From contig JAPOHH010000003.1 of assembly GCA_029979505.1 (NCBI GenBank), positions 8,635 to 72,634 of the forward strand: DNA of 64,000 nt, read 5' to 3'. This stretch comes from a bacterium. Lineage in GTDB: Bacteria > Pseudomonadota > Gammaproteobacteria > GCA-002705445 > GCA-002716945. Shown here piece after piece: positions 22,582-32,231 of the stretch. Below the pieces are notes generated by a model. That model was not told the DNA's origin. It saw nothing but the letters and a program-made list of their open reading frames with translations, and did no database searches. The position numbers and the translations under genes are program-made. Within the stretch, counting starts at the first letter, position 1. Each line of letters starts with the position of its first letter.

Positions 22582-24000
22582 ATGTATAAATTTTTATTAA
22601 TTACCTTATTACTATTTGCTTCAGGCAATTCATCCTCACATTCAGATATGGAGTCGCCTAAACTAGGTGATACGTTAAATAAGACGATTACAATTGATGA
22701 AGAAGAGAAGATTGGTAGAAATATCTATAAAAACCTTCAAAAAAATAACTATATTATCAATAATTATTTTATATACGACTACATAACCTATCTTGGAAAT
22801 AGACTAAGTAGAAATATTTTACTCGAAAGAGATTATTTATTTTTCATAACTAAATCCACAGATGTGAATGCATTTGCTGTTCCAGGTGGATTTATGGGTA
22901 TAAATGCTGGATTAATGGTTCTAACCCAGAACGAGGCTCAACTGGCTGGTGTCATATCTCATGAATTGGGCCACGTAGTATTAAGACATTCAGCTGAAAT
23001 GATGGCAAATAGTAATGTTAATTCAATTCCTATGTGGATAGGTATTTTTGCAGGCCTTTTAGCTGGACAGACAGAGGCAAGTATAGCTTCTATAAAATCT
23101 GGGATCGGTTTGTCAATACAAAACAATATTAACCTAGTCAGAGAAAATGAAATTGAATCTGATAATTTTGCTGTCTCTTTGATGCTAAAGAGTAATTACG
23201 ATTTGAATGAAATGGCAAAATTTTTTCGGCTAATGCAAGGGGATGCAAATAATCAAAATCAAGTTAATGAATACTTTTTGACTCATCCATTATATAAAAA
23301 CAGAATAAGCTCTATTCAGAAACGTGCTGAGTACCAGGATAATCCAATGACAAATAGTTCTGACGATTATCATTACATAAAAAATTTACTTGAAAACATG
23401 TTAGGAATACCAGTAGATGCTAACTCAACAAAAACTGAAGCTCTAAAAAATCATCGTGCGGCATTGAGTTATATGAGTCAAGGTGAGTATTTGAAAGCTA
23501 AAAAAGTACTACAACCAAGTTATGACAAAGATAATTATAATATATATATCGCATCATTAATGTCTGAAATTTTATGGTTGCATGGTGAAAAAAATATTTC
23601 TAAAAACATTCTAAAAAAGATACTAGCGATTTACCCAAATAACAATGCCATAAATAATCAGCTTTATTTTTTTAATATTAAAGATTCTGTAAATCTAAAA
23701 GCTTCCTTATCAGGATTAAATAAATTGATGGAGCATAATCTATATAATCCTGATTCTTATAAACTATTAGCAGAAGGATACTCAAAAATAGACTATACAT
23801 ACGAATCTAAAATTGCACTAATAAATTATTACAACATTAAGGGTAATATGCCTATGGCATTCAAAGTTATCGATGATGGATTAAAATTAAAAAAACTCAA
23901 CAATTCACAAAAAGATAGTCTTAAGAGACTCAAAAACACTATTTTATGTGATACTAATCCCCCGCTTGAGCCTATATTTGGCAATAAAACCTGCAATTAA
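22582..24000 (+). CDS. M48 family metallopeptidase with TPR repeats (BepA/YfgC-like), secreted
   Basis: 472 aa. Signal peptide, HELGHVVLRH zinc motif, NAFAVPGG, and a TPR-like C-terminal half. Confidence 0.7.
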   Translation: MYKFLLITLLLFASGNSSSHSDMESPKLGDTLNKTITIDEEEKIGRNIYKNLQKNNYIINNYFIYDYITYLGNRLSRNILLERDYLFFITKSTDVNAFAVPGGFMGINAGLMVLTQNEAQLAGVISHELGHVVLRHSAEMMANSNVNSIPMWIGIFAGLLAGQTEASIASIKSGIGLSIQNNINLVRENEIESDNFAVSLMLKSNYDLNEMAKFFRLMQGDANNQNQVNEYFLTHPLYKNRISSIQKRAEYQDNPMTNSSDDYHYIKNLLENMLGIPVDANSTKTEALKNHRAALSYMSQGEYLKAKKVLQPSYDKDNYNIYIASLMSEILWLHGEKNISKNILKKILAIYPNNNAINNQLYFFNIKDSVNLKASLSGLNKLMEHNLYNPDSYKLLAEGYSKIDYTYESKIALINYYNIKGNMPMAFKVIDDGLKLKKLNNSQKDSLKRLKNTILCDTNPPLEPIFGNKTCN

Positions 24001-24041
24001 AAAATGTTTTAATAAAATGCATTCATCTATATAATGTAGCC

Positions 24042-24377
24042 ATGAAAAGCTTAATGAAATACCTCATATTTATCCTGATTGCAGCACCTATGTATGCAGT
24101 TGGTGATAATATTGAAGAAGGAAAAAAGCTAACATTTGATAGGAAAAAAGGCAATTGCCTTGCTTGTCATATGATTGATGATGGTGAACTTGCAGGTAAT
24201 AACGGACCTCCACTGCTTGCCATGAAACAAAGGTTCCCTGATAGAGAAGTGTTATTTCAACAAATATGGGATCCAACAGAAAGTAATCCGTACTCATTTA
24301 TGCCTCCATTTGGCAAACATGGTGCATTAACTAAAAACGAAATTAATAAGATAATGGATTATCTATACACATTGTGA
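24042..24377 (+). CDS. soxX: sulfur-oxidation c-type cytochrome SoxX
   Basis: 111 aa. Signal peptide and a single GNCLACHM heme motif. First gene of a soxXYZA run. Confidence 0.75.
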   Translation: MKSLMKYLIFILIAAPMYAVGDNIEEGKKLTFDRKKGNCLACHMIDDGELAGNNGPPLLAMKQRFPDREVLFQQIWDPTESNPYSFMPPFGKHGALTKNEINKIMDYLYTL

Positions 24378-24384
24378 GGCAAAT

Positions 24385-24846
24385 ATGAAAAGAAGAAATT
24401 TCATAAAAAATAGTATCTTGTTTGCGGGAGCTCTTGCAGTAGCGCCAGCAGCGATATTATCTAATCATGCATATGCTGCATGGCCAAAAAAATCTTTTGA
24501 CATCAAAGATTTGGCAGATTCTGTGAAAAGTGTTTATGGCCATAATAATTTAGAGGAATCCTCTAAAGTTAAGCTTAAAGCTCCTTCAATCGCAGAAAAT
24601 GGAGCTATTGTTCCGATAAATGTTTCAACCACTTTAGACAATGTTGAATCAATAATGATTTTTGTTGAAAATAATCCACAGCCGTTATCTAGTGGGTATC
24701 AACTCACAAACTTAGCAGAGCCTTCAATTGGCACAAGACTTAAGATGGGTAAAACATCAAATGTCATGGCTGCGGTAAAAAGTGGTGATAAAGTATACAC
24801 CTCAACACAAGAAGTAAAAGTAACAATCGGAGGCTGCGGAGGATAA
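24385..24846 (+). CDS. soxY: sulfur carrier protein SoxY
   Basis: 153 aa. Tat signal RRNFIK and a C-terminal GGCGG* carrier-cysteine motif. Confidence 0.85.
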   Translation: MKRRNFIKNSILFAGALAVAPAAILSNHAYAAWPKKSFDIKDLADSVKSVYGHNNLEESSKVKLKAPSIAENGAIVPINVSTTLDNVESIMIFVENNPQPLSSGYQLTNLAEPSIGTRLKMGKTSNVMAAVKSGDKVYTSTQEVKVTIGGCGG

Positions 24847-24848
24847 TT

Positions 24849-25157
24849 ATGAGCACTATTAAGATGAGATCGAAAGAATCAAATGGCGTTGTAACTGTAA
24901 AGGCTCTTATAAAGCATCCTATGGAGACAGGGCAACGTAAAAATAAGAAAACAGGTGACTTAATTCCTGCACACTACATTCAAGAAGTTCATGGAAAAGC
25001 TAATAATAAGGACATTATAACAATTCATTGGGGACCTGCTGTTTCGAAGAATCCTTACCTTACTTTTAAATATAAAGGTAGCAAAGGCGATAATGTTCAA
25101 ATTTCCTGGGTAGATAATCAAGGAAACAGAGATACAAACACAGGTAAGGTTAAATAG
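24849..25157 (+). CDS. soxZ: SoxZ
   Basis: 102 aa. Located 2 nt after soxY, with conserved soxYZ pairing. Confidence 0.75.
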   Translation: MSTIKMRSKESNGVVTVKALIKHPMETGQRKNKKTGDLIPAHYIQEVHGKANNKDIITIHWGPAVSKNPYLTFKYKGSKGDNVQISWVDNQGNRDTNTGKVK

Positions 25158-25159
25158 TA

Positions 25160-25987
25160 ATGTTCAGAAAGTTCTTGGTGATTATATTATTACTTCCTGC
25201 TATATCATCTTTAGCTAGTCCTGAGAATGATTATGAAAAGTTTGTAGAGTATTTTAAAGATAGATTCCCAAATACACCTTACGAAGATTATAAAAATGGC
25301 GTTTATTCTATTGATAAGTCTGCAAGGGAACAATGGGAAGCAATGGAGGAGTTTCCTCCATACGAACTTAACGTTGACCGCGGTGAAGAATTATTTAACA
25401 CTCCATTCAAAAATGGTAATACTTACGGCTCATGCTTTGAAAATAATGGAATTGGAATAAGACAAAACTATCCTTATTTTGATGAGGATAAAGCTAAAGT
25501 TGTAACCCTAGAAGGTGCACTTAATGAATGTAGAATTAAAAATGGCGAGAAGCCTCTCAGTTACTTCAAAGGTAAAGAACTAGCACACGTGTCAGCGTAT
25601 ATGGCTTACACATCTAGAGGGAATAAATTTAATGTACAAATTCCTAATACTCAAGCAGCACTTGATGCATATGAAAATGGTAAGAGACTCTATTTTACAA
25701 AAAAAGGTCAATTAAATTTTTCATGTGCTGATTGTCATGTTTATCAAACTGGTACTAAACTCCGTGCAGACATCCCAAGCCCTGCAATTGGTCACCCAAC
25801 ACATTTTCCAGTATATAGATCGGGCATGGGAAGATTGGTAACACTTCATGAAAGATTCTCGGGATGCCTAAATCGTATCAGAGCAAAAGGATTACCTGGC
25901 GGAAGTGATGAGCTTAACAACTTAGAGTTCTTTACAACTTTTATGAGCAATGGCCTAGAAGTAAATGGACCAGGCTCTAGAAAATAA
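25160..25987 (+). CDS. soxA: SoxA cytochrome (monoheme type)
   Basis: 275 aa. Signal peptide, a single CADCH heme motif, and a downstream Cys (FSGCLNR) that is the likely heme-ligand/persulfide cysteine. Confidence 0.75.
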   Translation: MFRKFLVIILLLPAISSLASPENDYEKFVEYFKDRFPNTPYEDYKNGVYSIDKSAREQWEAMEEFPPYELNVDRGEELFNTPFKNGNTYGSCFENNGIGIRQNYPYFDEDKAKVVTLEGALNECRIKNGEKPLSYFKGKELAHVSAYMAYTSRGNKFNVQIPNTQAALDAYENGKRLYFTKKGQLNFSCADCHVYQTGTKLRADIPSPAIGHPTHFPVYRSGMGRLVTLHERFSGCLNRIRAKGLPGGSDELNNLEFFTTFMSNGLEVNGPGSRK

Positions 25988-26011
25988 ATTCAAATAAGAT
26001 ATACTCATCAT

Positions 26012-26512
26012 ATGTTCAGCAAGAGCTTAAGTAGAACTTTCGTTTATATATTCACTATTGCGCTACTATCTTCATGTGCAAACATGCAAGCAATGATTGA
26101 GTCTCAAGCTCAGGAAGAGCAAGAAATATCAGTAGAACAAAAGCTTCAAGTAGCAATTCCATTGCCAGAAGATTCGAAATATCTTATTAATAAGACTGTT
26201 ATATTTGGAGAAGGAAGCAAATTTTCTGGAATACTCTATCTTCAACATGATAAGTCAGCAGATGATATAGCTAACTTCTATAGAAAAAACCTTATATCAG
26301 ATGGATGGTCAGAAATTGGAATTGTGAGATCAAGGTTTATCTTAATTAATTTCGAAAAAGAAAATAGATTTGCGACTATTAAAGTGATACGTACCATGTT
26401 TGAAAAATCAGAATCAGAGATTACGATTGGTCCAAAATCATCAACACAGTTAGAAAAGAGTTTAGAAATTGATAGTAATAGCTCATCTGACGAACCATTT
26501 ATAGTTCAGTAA
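26012..26512 (+). CDS. uncharacterised lipoprotein, sox-associated by position
   Basis: 166 aa. Lipobox LLSSC-A. Starts 24 nt after the soxA stop on the same strand. No family recognised. Confidence 0.4.
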   Translation: MFSKSLSRTFVYIFTIALLSSCANMQAMIESQAQEEQEISVEQKLQVAIPLPEDSKYLINKTVIFGEGSKFSGILYLQHDKSADDIANFYRKNLISDGWSEIGIVRSRFILINFEKENRFATIKVIRTMFEKSESEITIGPKSSTQLEKSLEIDSNSSSDEPFIVQ

Positions 26513-27390
26513 TCACTCCAAGATTACATCAATGACTTCGTCTAGATATAAATCTCTAAAGAAGTGTCCTGCTCCATCAACTATCACAGTTCTTATATTA
26601 GCGTTGTTAATTAAATCATATTTTTTATATGTATCTTCTAAAATCTCATCTTCAGTTCCAGAAAAGACTATCGTCTGTGATTTGCTATCATTTAGCAGCT
26701 CAATCATATCAAAAGTAAAAGGATATAAATCTTTATTATTTGAAAAATCTAGATATGATCTGAATGTCTTAGCTGATACATTAACATTTTCACAAAAAAG
26801 AAAATTGATTAATCCATACTTATCTTTTATATAATAGTTTTTGTTATCACTTATAATATCTTTGTAGGGTATATTTAATTCATTTTCGTAATATTCCTTC
26901 GTACCTATATAAGTATCAATGGTAGGTGCTAGTAAGTAACTATTTACAGTTGCTTTGTCAATTATAGATAATGCTTGGACAACATTATAAGCTCCTCTTG
27001 AATGTCCAATAAAATTTATTTTTTTATAACATTTATTTTCAAGATATTTATACCATTTTACTATTTCTTTAACTGACTGATGCTCATTATGATTATGCTT
27101 TATATTACAATCCAAAAATTTATCTTCACGTTTGTCAATCCCATAACTTAAATTTATAGTTAGCACGTCATACCCTTCGCTATGCAATCTAGATGTGAGT
27201 GATTGAATAATTTCCATCCCTTTATATGATCTTGCTCCATGGACAATTAAAAATACAGAATCATTTTTTTCAATACGATACAATTCTCCAACAAGTTCAA
27301 TATCATGCTGGCTTTGAAGAATAATTTGATTGGGAGATGATTTTGCTGGTTCGATGAAAATAGTTATTATACATAAGGCAGTGATTAGTA
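26513..27390 (-). CDS. alpha/beta-fold hydrolase (start unresolved)
   Basis: VFLIVHG oxyanion strand and GHSRG nucleophile elbow. The only in-frame ATG (27487) lies beyond tRNA-Lys and would read through it, so the real start must be a non-ATG codon at or below 27390, or the gene is N-truncated. Confidence 0.5.
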
Positions 27391-27393
27391 AAC

Positions 27394-27466
27394 TAGGGCG
27401 TACAGGATTCGAACCTGTGACAAATGGCTTAAAAGGCCACTGCTCTACCAACTGAGCTAACGCCCC
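27394..27466 (-). tRNA. tRNA-Lys (anticodon UUU)
   Basis: 73 nt with a 7-bp acceptor stem and discriminator A. D arm UAGCUCAGUUGGUAGAGCA; anticodon loop CUUUUAA; T arm CAGGUUCGAAUCCUG. Near-identical to canonical bacterial tRNA-Lys. Confidence 0.9.
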
Positions 27467-27473
27467 AAATATA

Positions 27474-28673
27474 CTATATTTTCTCAAGAGTTCTAATTTT
27501 CTCAGGTAATACTTTTAAATCTATCAAAGAATTTTTGACGAGTTCAAAAAAAGTACTATCTTCATATACTGCTCTATAATACTCGATTTTCATCATTAAT
27601 GAAGCTCCGAATATAATTGATATCAATGTAATTATAGATCCTAATGCAAGTGTAGAAACACCAGTTACTCCTTGACCAATTGTGCATCCTAGTGAGAGAA
27701 CACCTCCTATACCAATTAACACTGCTCCCAAAAGATGTCTGAAGAAATCATGTTTATTTGCAAACCATTCTATTCTTAGATTATTACTAACTAATGCATA
27801 AACAAATGACCCAAACACAGTCGAAATAAGTGCAGTAACACCAAATGTTAAATAGAAACTATCGAATATGCTTGATGAATATATCAAAAATTCACCCATT
27901 GGATTAATAAAGGTAAATGACTGAACTCCAACCGATGGATATGGTGTGTCTAGGAAATCATTATTTTCAATCCAATTCTGTCCAAGTTCGCCACCTGATA
28001 TAAGCCATGCTAATGTAACAACTAATCCAACAACAAATCCAGATAAGATATTATCAGATGAAAGCTTTGAATATGATGAAAATATATACTTCAATAGAAA
28101 TATGCTTATTAAAGCAGGCAAAAAGAGTGTAATTATCATGTTACTTGAGTCTATCCCTGTAAGGGATGCTAACATAGTGTGGAGAGACTGATCTGAAATA
28201 CCTAATTTAGCTAAATCAGGACTGATGGGATTCATCCAACTGTGAAATAAAAGCCCATAAAAATCTGTTCTAGTCATTAATAAGGCCATTAATCCAGCTA
28301 TAATTAAAACGAATACAGATTTAATGTTTCCTCCCCCTATTCTGATTAAAATTTTATTGCCGCACCCACTTGCTAGTGTCATACCAATTCCAAACATGAT
28401 TCCACCAAGTATGTACCTCGGCCAAAAAAATACGGAATTTCTGTACGGGATTCTTGACTCATCTATATCTACGATACTCATATACTCAAGTAGTGTAACT
28501 CCAACAATTGCAGTAGTAATTGCAAGAAGCCATGCTTTAAATCTTGAACTATCTCCAATATTAACTAAATCTGAGACAGCCCCCATAGTACAGAAATTTG
28601 TTTTATTAACAACGTACCCAAGTATAAACCCTAATACAGATGTGTAAATTAATAGTGTAGTAATGATATCCAT
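27474..28673 (-). CDS. YeeE/YedE family transporter (thiosulfate/sulfur-compound uptake)
   Basis: 399 aa polytopic membrane protein with duplicated halves, each carrying a conserved Cys-containing loop (GCGNK / GCTIGQG). Stop codon lies 8 nt upstream of tRNA-Lys. Confidence 0.7.
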   Translation of the reverse strand: MDIITTLLIYTSVLGFILGYVVNKTNFCTMGAVSDLVNIGDSSRFKAWLLAITTAIVGVTLLEYMSIVDIDESRIPYRNSVFFWPRYILGGIMFGIGMTLASGCGNKILIRIGGGNIKSVFVLIIAGLMALLMTRTDFYGLLFHSWMNPISPDLAKLGISDQSLHTMLASLTGIDSSNMIITLFLPALISIFLLKYIFSSYSKLSSDNILSGFVVGLVVTLAWLISGGELGQNWIENNDFLDTPYPSVGVQSFTFINPMGEFLIYSSSIFDSFYLTFGVTALISTVFGSFVYALVSNNLRIEWFANKHDFFRHLLGAVLIGIGGVLSLGCTIGQGVTGVSTLALGSIITLISIIFGASLMMKIEYYRAVYEDSTFFELVKNSLIDLKVLPEKIRTLEKI

Positions 28674-28713
28674 AGTCTTACAAAGTCACAGTTTATATAT
28701 TTTTATAATTATT

Positions 28714-29397
28714 TCAATTTTTATATATAGTTTGGTCTTTAACACCAGATAATCTAAAACCCTCTTTTCTAAATTTACAGGAGTCACATTTACCGCAGGC
28801 TCTCCCTTCATTATCCAATTGATAACATGAGACAGTTTGTGAGTAATCTACACCCAAACTGTCACCATATTTTATAATTTCACTTTTAGACATATCAATT
28901 AGAGGAGTGTGTATATTCAACTTACGCCCATCCACGCCTGTTTTAGTTCCAAGATTTATCATGTTAGAAAATGATTGTATAAACTCTGGCCTGCAATCTG
29001 GATATCCAGAATAATCAACCTGGTTAACACCTATGAAAATATCATTGATGTGCATTTTTTCTGCATAAGCTGCAGCAATGGACAAAAAAATTGTATTTCG
29101 AGCAGGTACATATGTAACTGGTATTCCATCATGGTTTGATATAGGTACAGATATCTTGCTATCAGTCAACGCAGAACCACCAATCTGAGTAAGATCTATT
29201 TTAAAGATAAAACCATTAAGTTGTAATTTTTTAAGATAATTTTTACTAGCTTGGATTTCATACTTGTGCCTCTGATTATAATCAATTGTTAAGGCTGTAC
29301 ACTTATATCCTTGTGATATTGCATGATGAAGCACAGTTGTAGAGTCTAAACCGCAAGAGAATAATATTAAAGCTTGATTACTTCCCATTAATCTCAC
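28714..29397 (-). CDS. queC: 7-cyano-7-deazaguanine synthase
   Basis: 227 aa. PP-loop SCGLDST and a C-terminal zinc site CGKCDSC. Confidence 0.85.
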   Translation of the reverse strand: MRLMGSNQALILFSCGLDSTTVLHHAISQGYKCTALTIDYNQRHKYEIQASKNYLKKLQLNGFIFKIDLTQIGGSALTDSKISVPISNHDGIPVTYVPARNTIFLSIAAAYAEKMHINDIFIGVNQVDYSGYPDCRPEFIQSFSNMINLGTKTGVDGRKLNIHTPLIDMSKSEIIKYGDSLGVDYSQTVSCYQLDNEGRACGKCDSCKFRKEGFRLSGVKDQTIYKN

Positions 29398-30019
29398 CCC
29401 AAATAGTTTTATGTAATTGTGTTTGTAGTCTAACTTTCAAAGAGTTGTCTAAAATTAAATTTGCTAATTCTTGTAATGGCATTTCTCCATATGAAGGTGA
29501 AAAAAGGATGGGACAGATATTATAGAGATTATTTTGATTTATATACTCAACTGCCCAGTTAAAATCATCAAGACTACAGATTACAAATTTAATTTCATCT
29601 GATGATTTTAATTCTTGGTAATTAGAGATCAAATTTTTATCTTCTTCTTGAGATCCTGGTGTTTTTACGTCTAAAATAATTGAAACTCTTGAATCAATGT
29701 CTTTAATACTTATGCAGTTACTAGTCTCTATAGAAACAGAGTATCCTAAATCACATAGTTTACTCATAAAAAAGAGAACATTTTTTTGAGCTAGAGGTTC
29801 TCCACCAGTTACTGTGACAAATTTAGTTAAATTAATATTTAATTTAGAAATGATTTCATCAAATGTCATTTTTGTACCGCTTCTAAAAGCATACTCAGTA
29901 TCACAATACACACATCTCAAGGGACAACCTGTCAAACGAATAAAATGAGTTGGTAAACCTGACCGAGAGGTTTCCCCCTGAATTGAATAAAACATTTCAT
30001 TAATAATTAAACTAGTCAT
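29378..30019 (-). CDS. queE: 7-carboxy-7-deazaguanine synthase (radical SAM)
   Basis: 213 aa with a CPLRCVYCDT cluster motif. Confidence 0.85.
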   Translation of the reverse strand: MTSLIINEMFYSIQGETSRSGLPTHFIRLTGCPLRCVYCDTEYAFRSGTKMTFDEIISKLNINLTKFVTVTGGEPLAQKNVLFFMSKLCDLGYSVSIETSNCISIKDIDSRVSIILDVKTPGSQEEDKNLISNYQELKSSDEIKFVICSLDDFNWAVEYINQNNLYNICPILFSPSYGEMPLQELANLILDNSLKVRLQTQLHKTIWGEINGK

Positions 30020-30024
30020 AATTC

Positions 30025-30522
30025 TTAAATAGATTTAATTTCATCCGGAGTATTCATACTAGTGATGCCATGACATAACGCTACACCTAGTGCGTCTGAT
30101 GCATCAATTTCAAGTTTCCTGCGAATACGAAGCGTTCTCTTAACAAATTTTTGTAATTCATCTTTGTCGGCAGCACCATTACCCGTGATAATCATTTTAA
30201 CTCGTCTGGGACTATACTCATAAATTTTTCTATCATCTCCACTGCATGCAGATAGTGCAGCTCCTCTGGCTTGACCTAGCTTAATAGCAGTTCCCGCATT
30301 AACGCTAAAAAATACAGACTCGAGCGCAATCTCATTTGGTTTATATATATCTATAAGTCTTTGCGTATTTTTATGTATAAGAGATAGTTTTGTCGTGTAT
30401 AGATTCTTAAGACCAGTTTTTATAACCTCATGATGGATATACGTTAGTTTATTACTTTCAGAGTTTATAATACCGTAGCCAGTAATATTAGTACCAGGGT
30501 CTATTCCTAATATGATGGTCAT
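30025..30522 (-). CDS. ruvC: Holliday junction resolvase
   Basis: 165 aa. N-terminal ILGIDPGTNITGYG. The ruvC-yebC-aspS order is conserved. Confidence 0.9.
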   Translation of the reverse strand: MTIILGIDPGTNITGYGIINSESNKLTYIHHEVIKTGLKNLYTTKLSLIHKNTQRLIDIYKPNEIALESVFFSVNAGTAIKLGQARGAALSACSGDDRKIYEYSPRRVKMIITGNGAADKDELQKFVKRTLRIRRKLEIDASDALGVALCHGITSMNTPDEIKSI

Positions 30523-30528
30523 ATTAAA

Positions 30529-31242
30529 TTATAATACATTTATATTAGTATATATATTTTGTACATCATCTAATTCTTCTAAATTTTCTGTAAATAGCTC
30601 AACTTGCTCAATATCTGAATCTGAAATATCACAAAAAGTAATAGGTTCGAGAATAATTTCTTCGTCTTTAGTAGCAAGAGATTTTTCTTCAAAAAATGAT
30701 TTAACTTTAAAAAGATCTGAGGGTTCTGTATTTAATATACAGTTGCTATCAGATTGTTCATAATCTAGTATGTCTACATCATCTATATAATTTATTAATT
30801 CGTCTTCAGATGTATCTAGTAAAGTTAAGATGCCTATTTTTTTAAATAAGTGTGACACAGAACCTTTTGTTCCTAGACTGCCATTATATTTTGTAAGAGC
30901 ATGCCTAACTTCTGATACTGTGCGATTTTTATTATCAGTAAGACATTCAATAATAACCGCAATACCTTTTGGACCATATCCTTCGTAAGTGATTTCTTCA
31001 AAAGAATCACTATTCTGACCAGAGCCTTTTTTTATTGCTCTATCAATAGTATCTTTTGGAACACTATTTTTATTAGCCTTAGACATAGCAAGTCTTAACC
31101 TAGAGTTACTAGAGACATCTGGTCCAGCTAATTTAACCGCTACCGTTATTTCTCTGATTATCTTGGTGAATACTTTGCCGCGCTTGTTGTCTTGTGCTTT
31201 TTTTCTATGCTGAATGTTAGCCCATTTACTATGTCCTGCCAT
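30529..31242 (-). CDS. yebC: YebC/PmpR family transcriptional regulator
   Basis: 237 aa. N-terminal MAGHSKWANIQHRK. Confidence 0.9.
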   Translation of the reverse strand: MAGHSKWANIQHRKKAQDNKRGKVFTKIIREITVAVKLAGPDVSSNSRLRLAMSKANKNSVPKDTIDRAIKKGSGQNSDSFEEITYEGYGPKGIAVIIECLTDNKNRTVSEVRHALTKYNGSLGTKGSVSHLFKKIGILTLLDTSEDELINYIDDVDILDYEQSDSNCILNTEPSDLFKVKSFFEEKSLATKDEEIILEPITFCDISDSDIEQVELFTENLEELDDVQNIYTNINVL

Positions 31243-32231
31243 TATGAAACCCTCTTATTTTCTTGATAGTATTTATCTTCAAACTCTATCATTCTATTTA
31301 TAGATTTTTTTGCATATCTAATTACTGTTTTATCCAATAATAATTCATTATTTCCATTAAATATATTAATTAGTTTTTTATAATTATTTAGATTCATCCA
31401 TGGGCATCTGCCGCAGCTTTTACATGTAGCTCCTTCTCCCTCAGTTGGTGCTTCAAAAAAGTTTTTCTCAGGGGACAGTTTTTTCATTTGATAAAAAATA
31501 TTTTTTTCAGTAGCCACAATAATATTTTTTGATTTACTATTTTTTGATGCATTTATAAGTTTAGTTGTTGAGCCTACAACATCTGCTAATTGTATTATGC
31601 TTCTAGGAGATTCTGGATGCACTAAAACATCGCAGTCACCTAAACTAGAAATTAGTTTTTTTAATTCTATAGTTTTGTATTCTTCATGGACTATACATGC
31701 TCCATCCCAAATTTTCATATCTATACCTGTCTGATCTTGAATGTAAGCACCGAGATATTTATCTGGAGCCCAGATTATTTTCTTATTTTTACTTGCTAAG
31801 TTTTCAACAAGAGGAATAGCAATACTCGAAGTTACAACCCAATCTGAAATGGCTTTAATTTCGGCATTTGTGTTTGCATATACAACAATTTCTCTGTCAG
31901 GATATGAGTTACAGAAATTCTGAAAAGCATCGATTTGACAACTCTCATCAAGTGAACATGTAGCTTCTTTGTCAATTACATAAATATTTTTTTCAGGGTT
32001 AAGAATTTTTGCAGTTTCTCCCATAAACTTAACACCTGCAATTATAAGTTTACTTTCTTTTTGTTGAGTACCAAATTTAGCCATTTGAAGTGAATCAGCA
32101 ACACAACCTCCAGTATCCTCTGCAAGTTTTTGCAAATCCTGATCTACGTAGTAATGAGCGATGAGCTTCGCATCATTTTGTTTGAGAAAGTTTTTAACAA
32201 TCTTAAGTTTTTCAGAGTATTGTATGTCCAT
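31242..32231 (-). CDS. nadA: quinolinate synthase
   Basis: 329 aa. NadA fold with conserved Cys ligands. Confidence 0.85.
   Translation of the reverse strand: MDIQYSEKLKIVKNFLKQNDAKLIAHYYVDQDLQKLAEDTGGCVADSLQMAKFGTQQKESKLIIAGVKFMGETAKILNPEKNIYVIDKEATCSLDESCQIDAFQNFCNSYPDREIVVYANTNAEIKAISDWVVTSSIAIPLVENLASKNKKIIWAPDKYLGAYIQDQTGIDMKIWDGACIVHEEYKTIELKKLISSLGDCDVLVHPESPRSIIQLADVVGSTTKLINASKNSKSKNIIVATEKNIFYQMKKLSPEKNFFEAPTEGEGATCKSCGRCPWMNLNNYKKLINIFNGNNELLLDKTVIRYAKKSINRMIEFEDKYYQENKRVS

Noticed and set aside
26513-27487. ORF-track start codon at 27487 for the hydrolase
   Set aside because: The first 32 codons of that ORF are the reverse complement of tRNA-Lys (27394..27466). A protein start there is not credible; the gene boundary was reset to 27390 or below.
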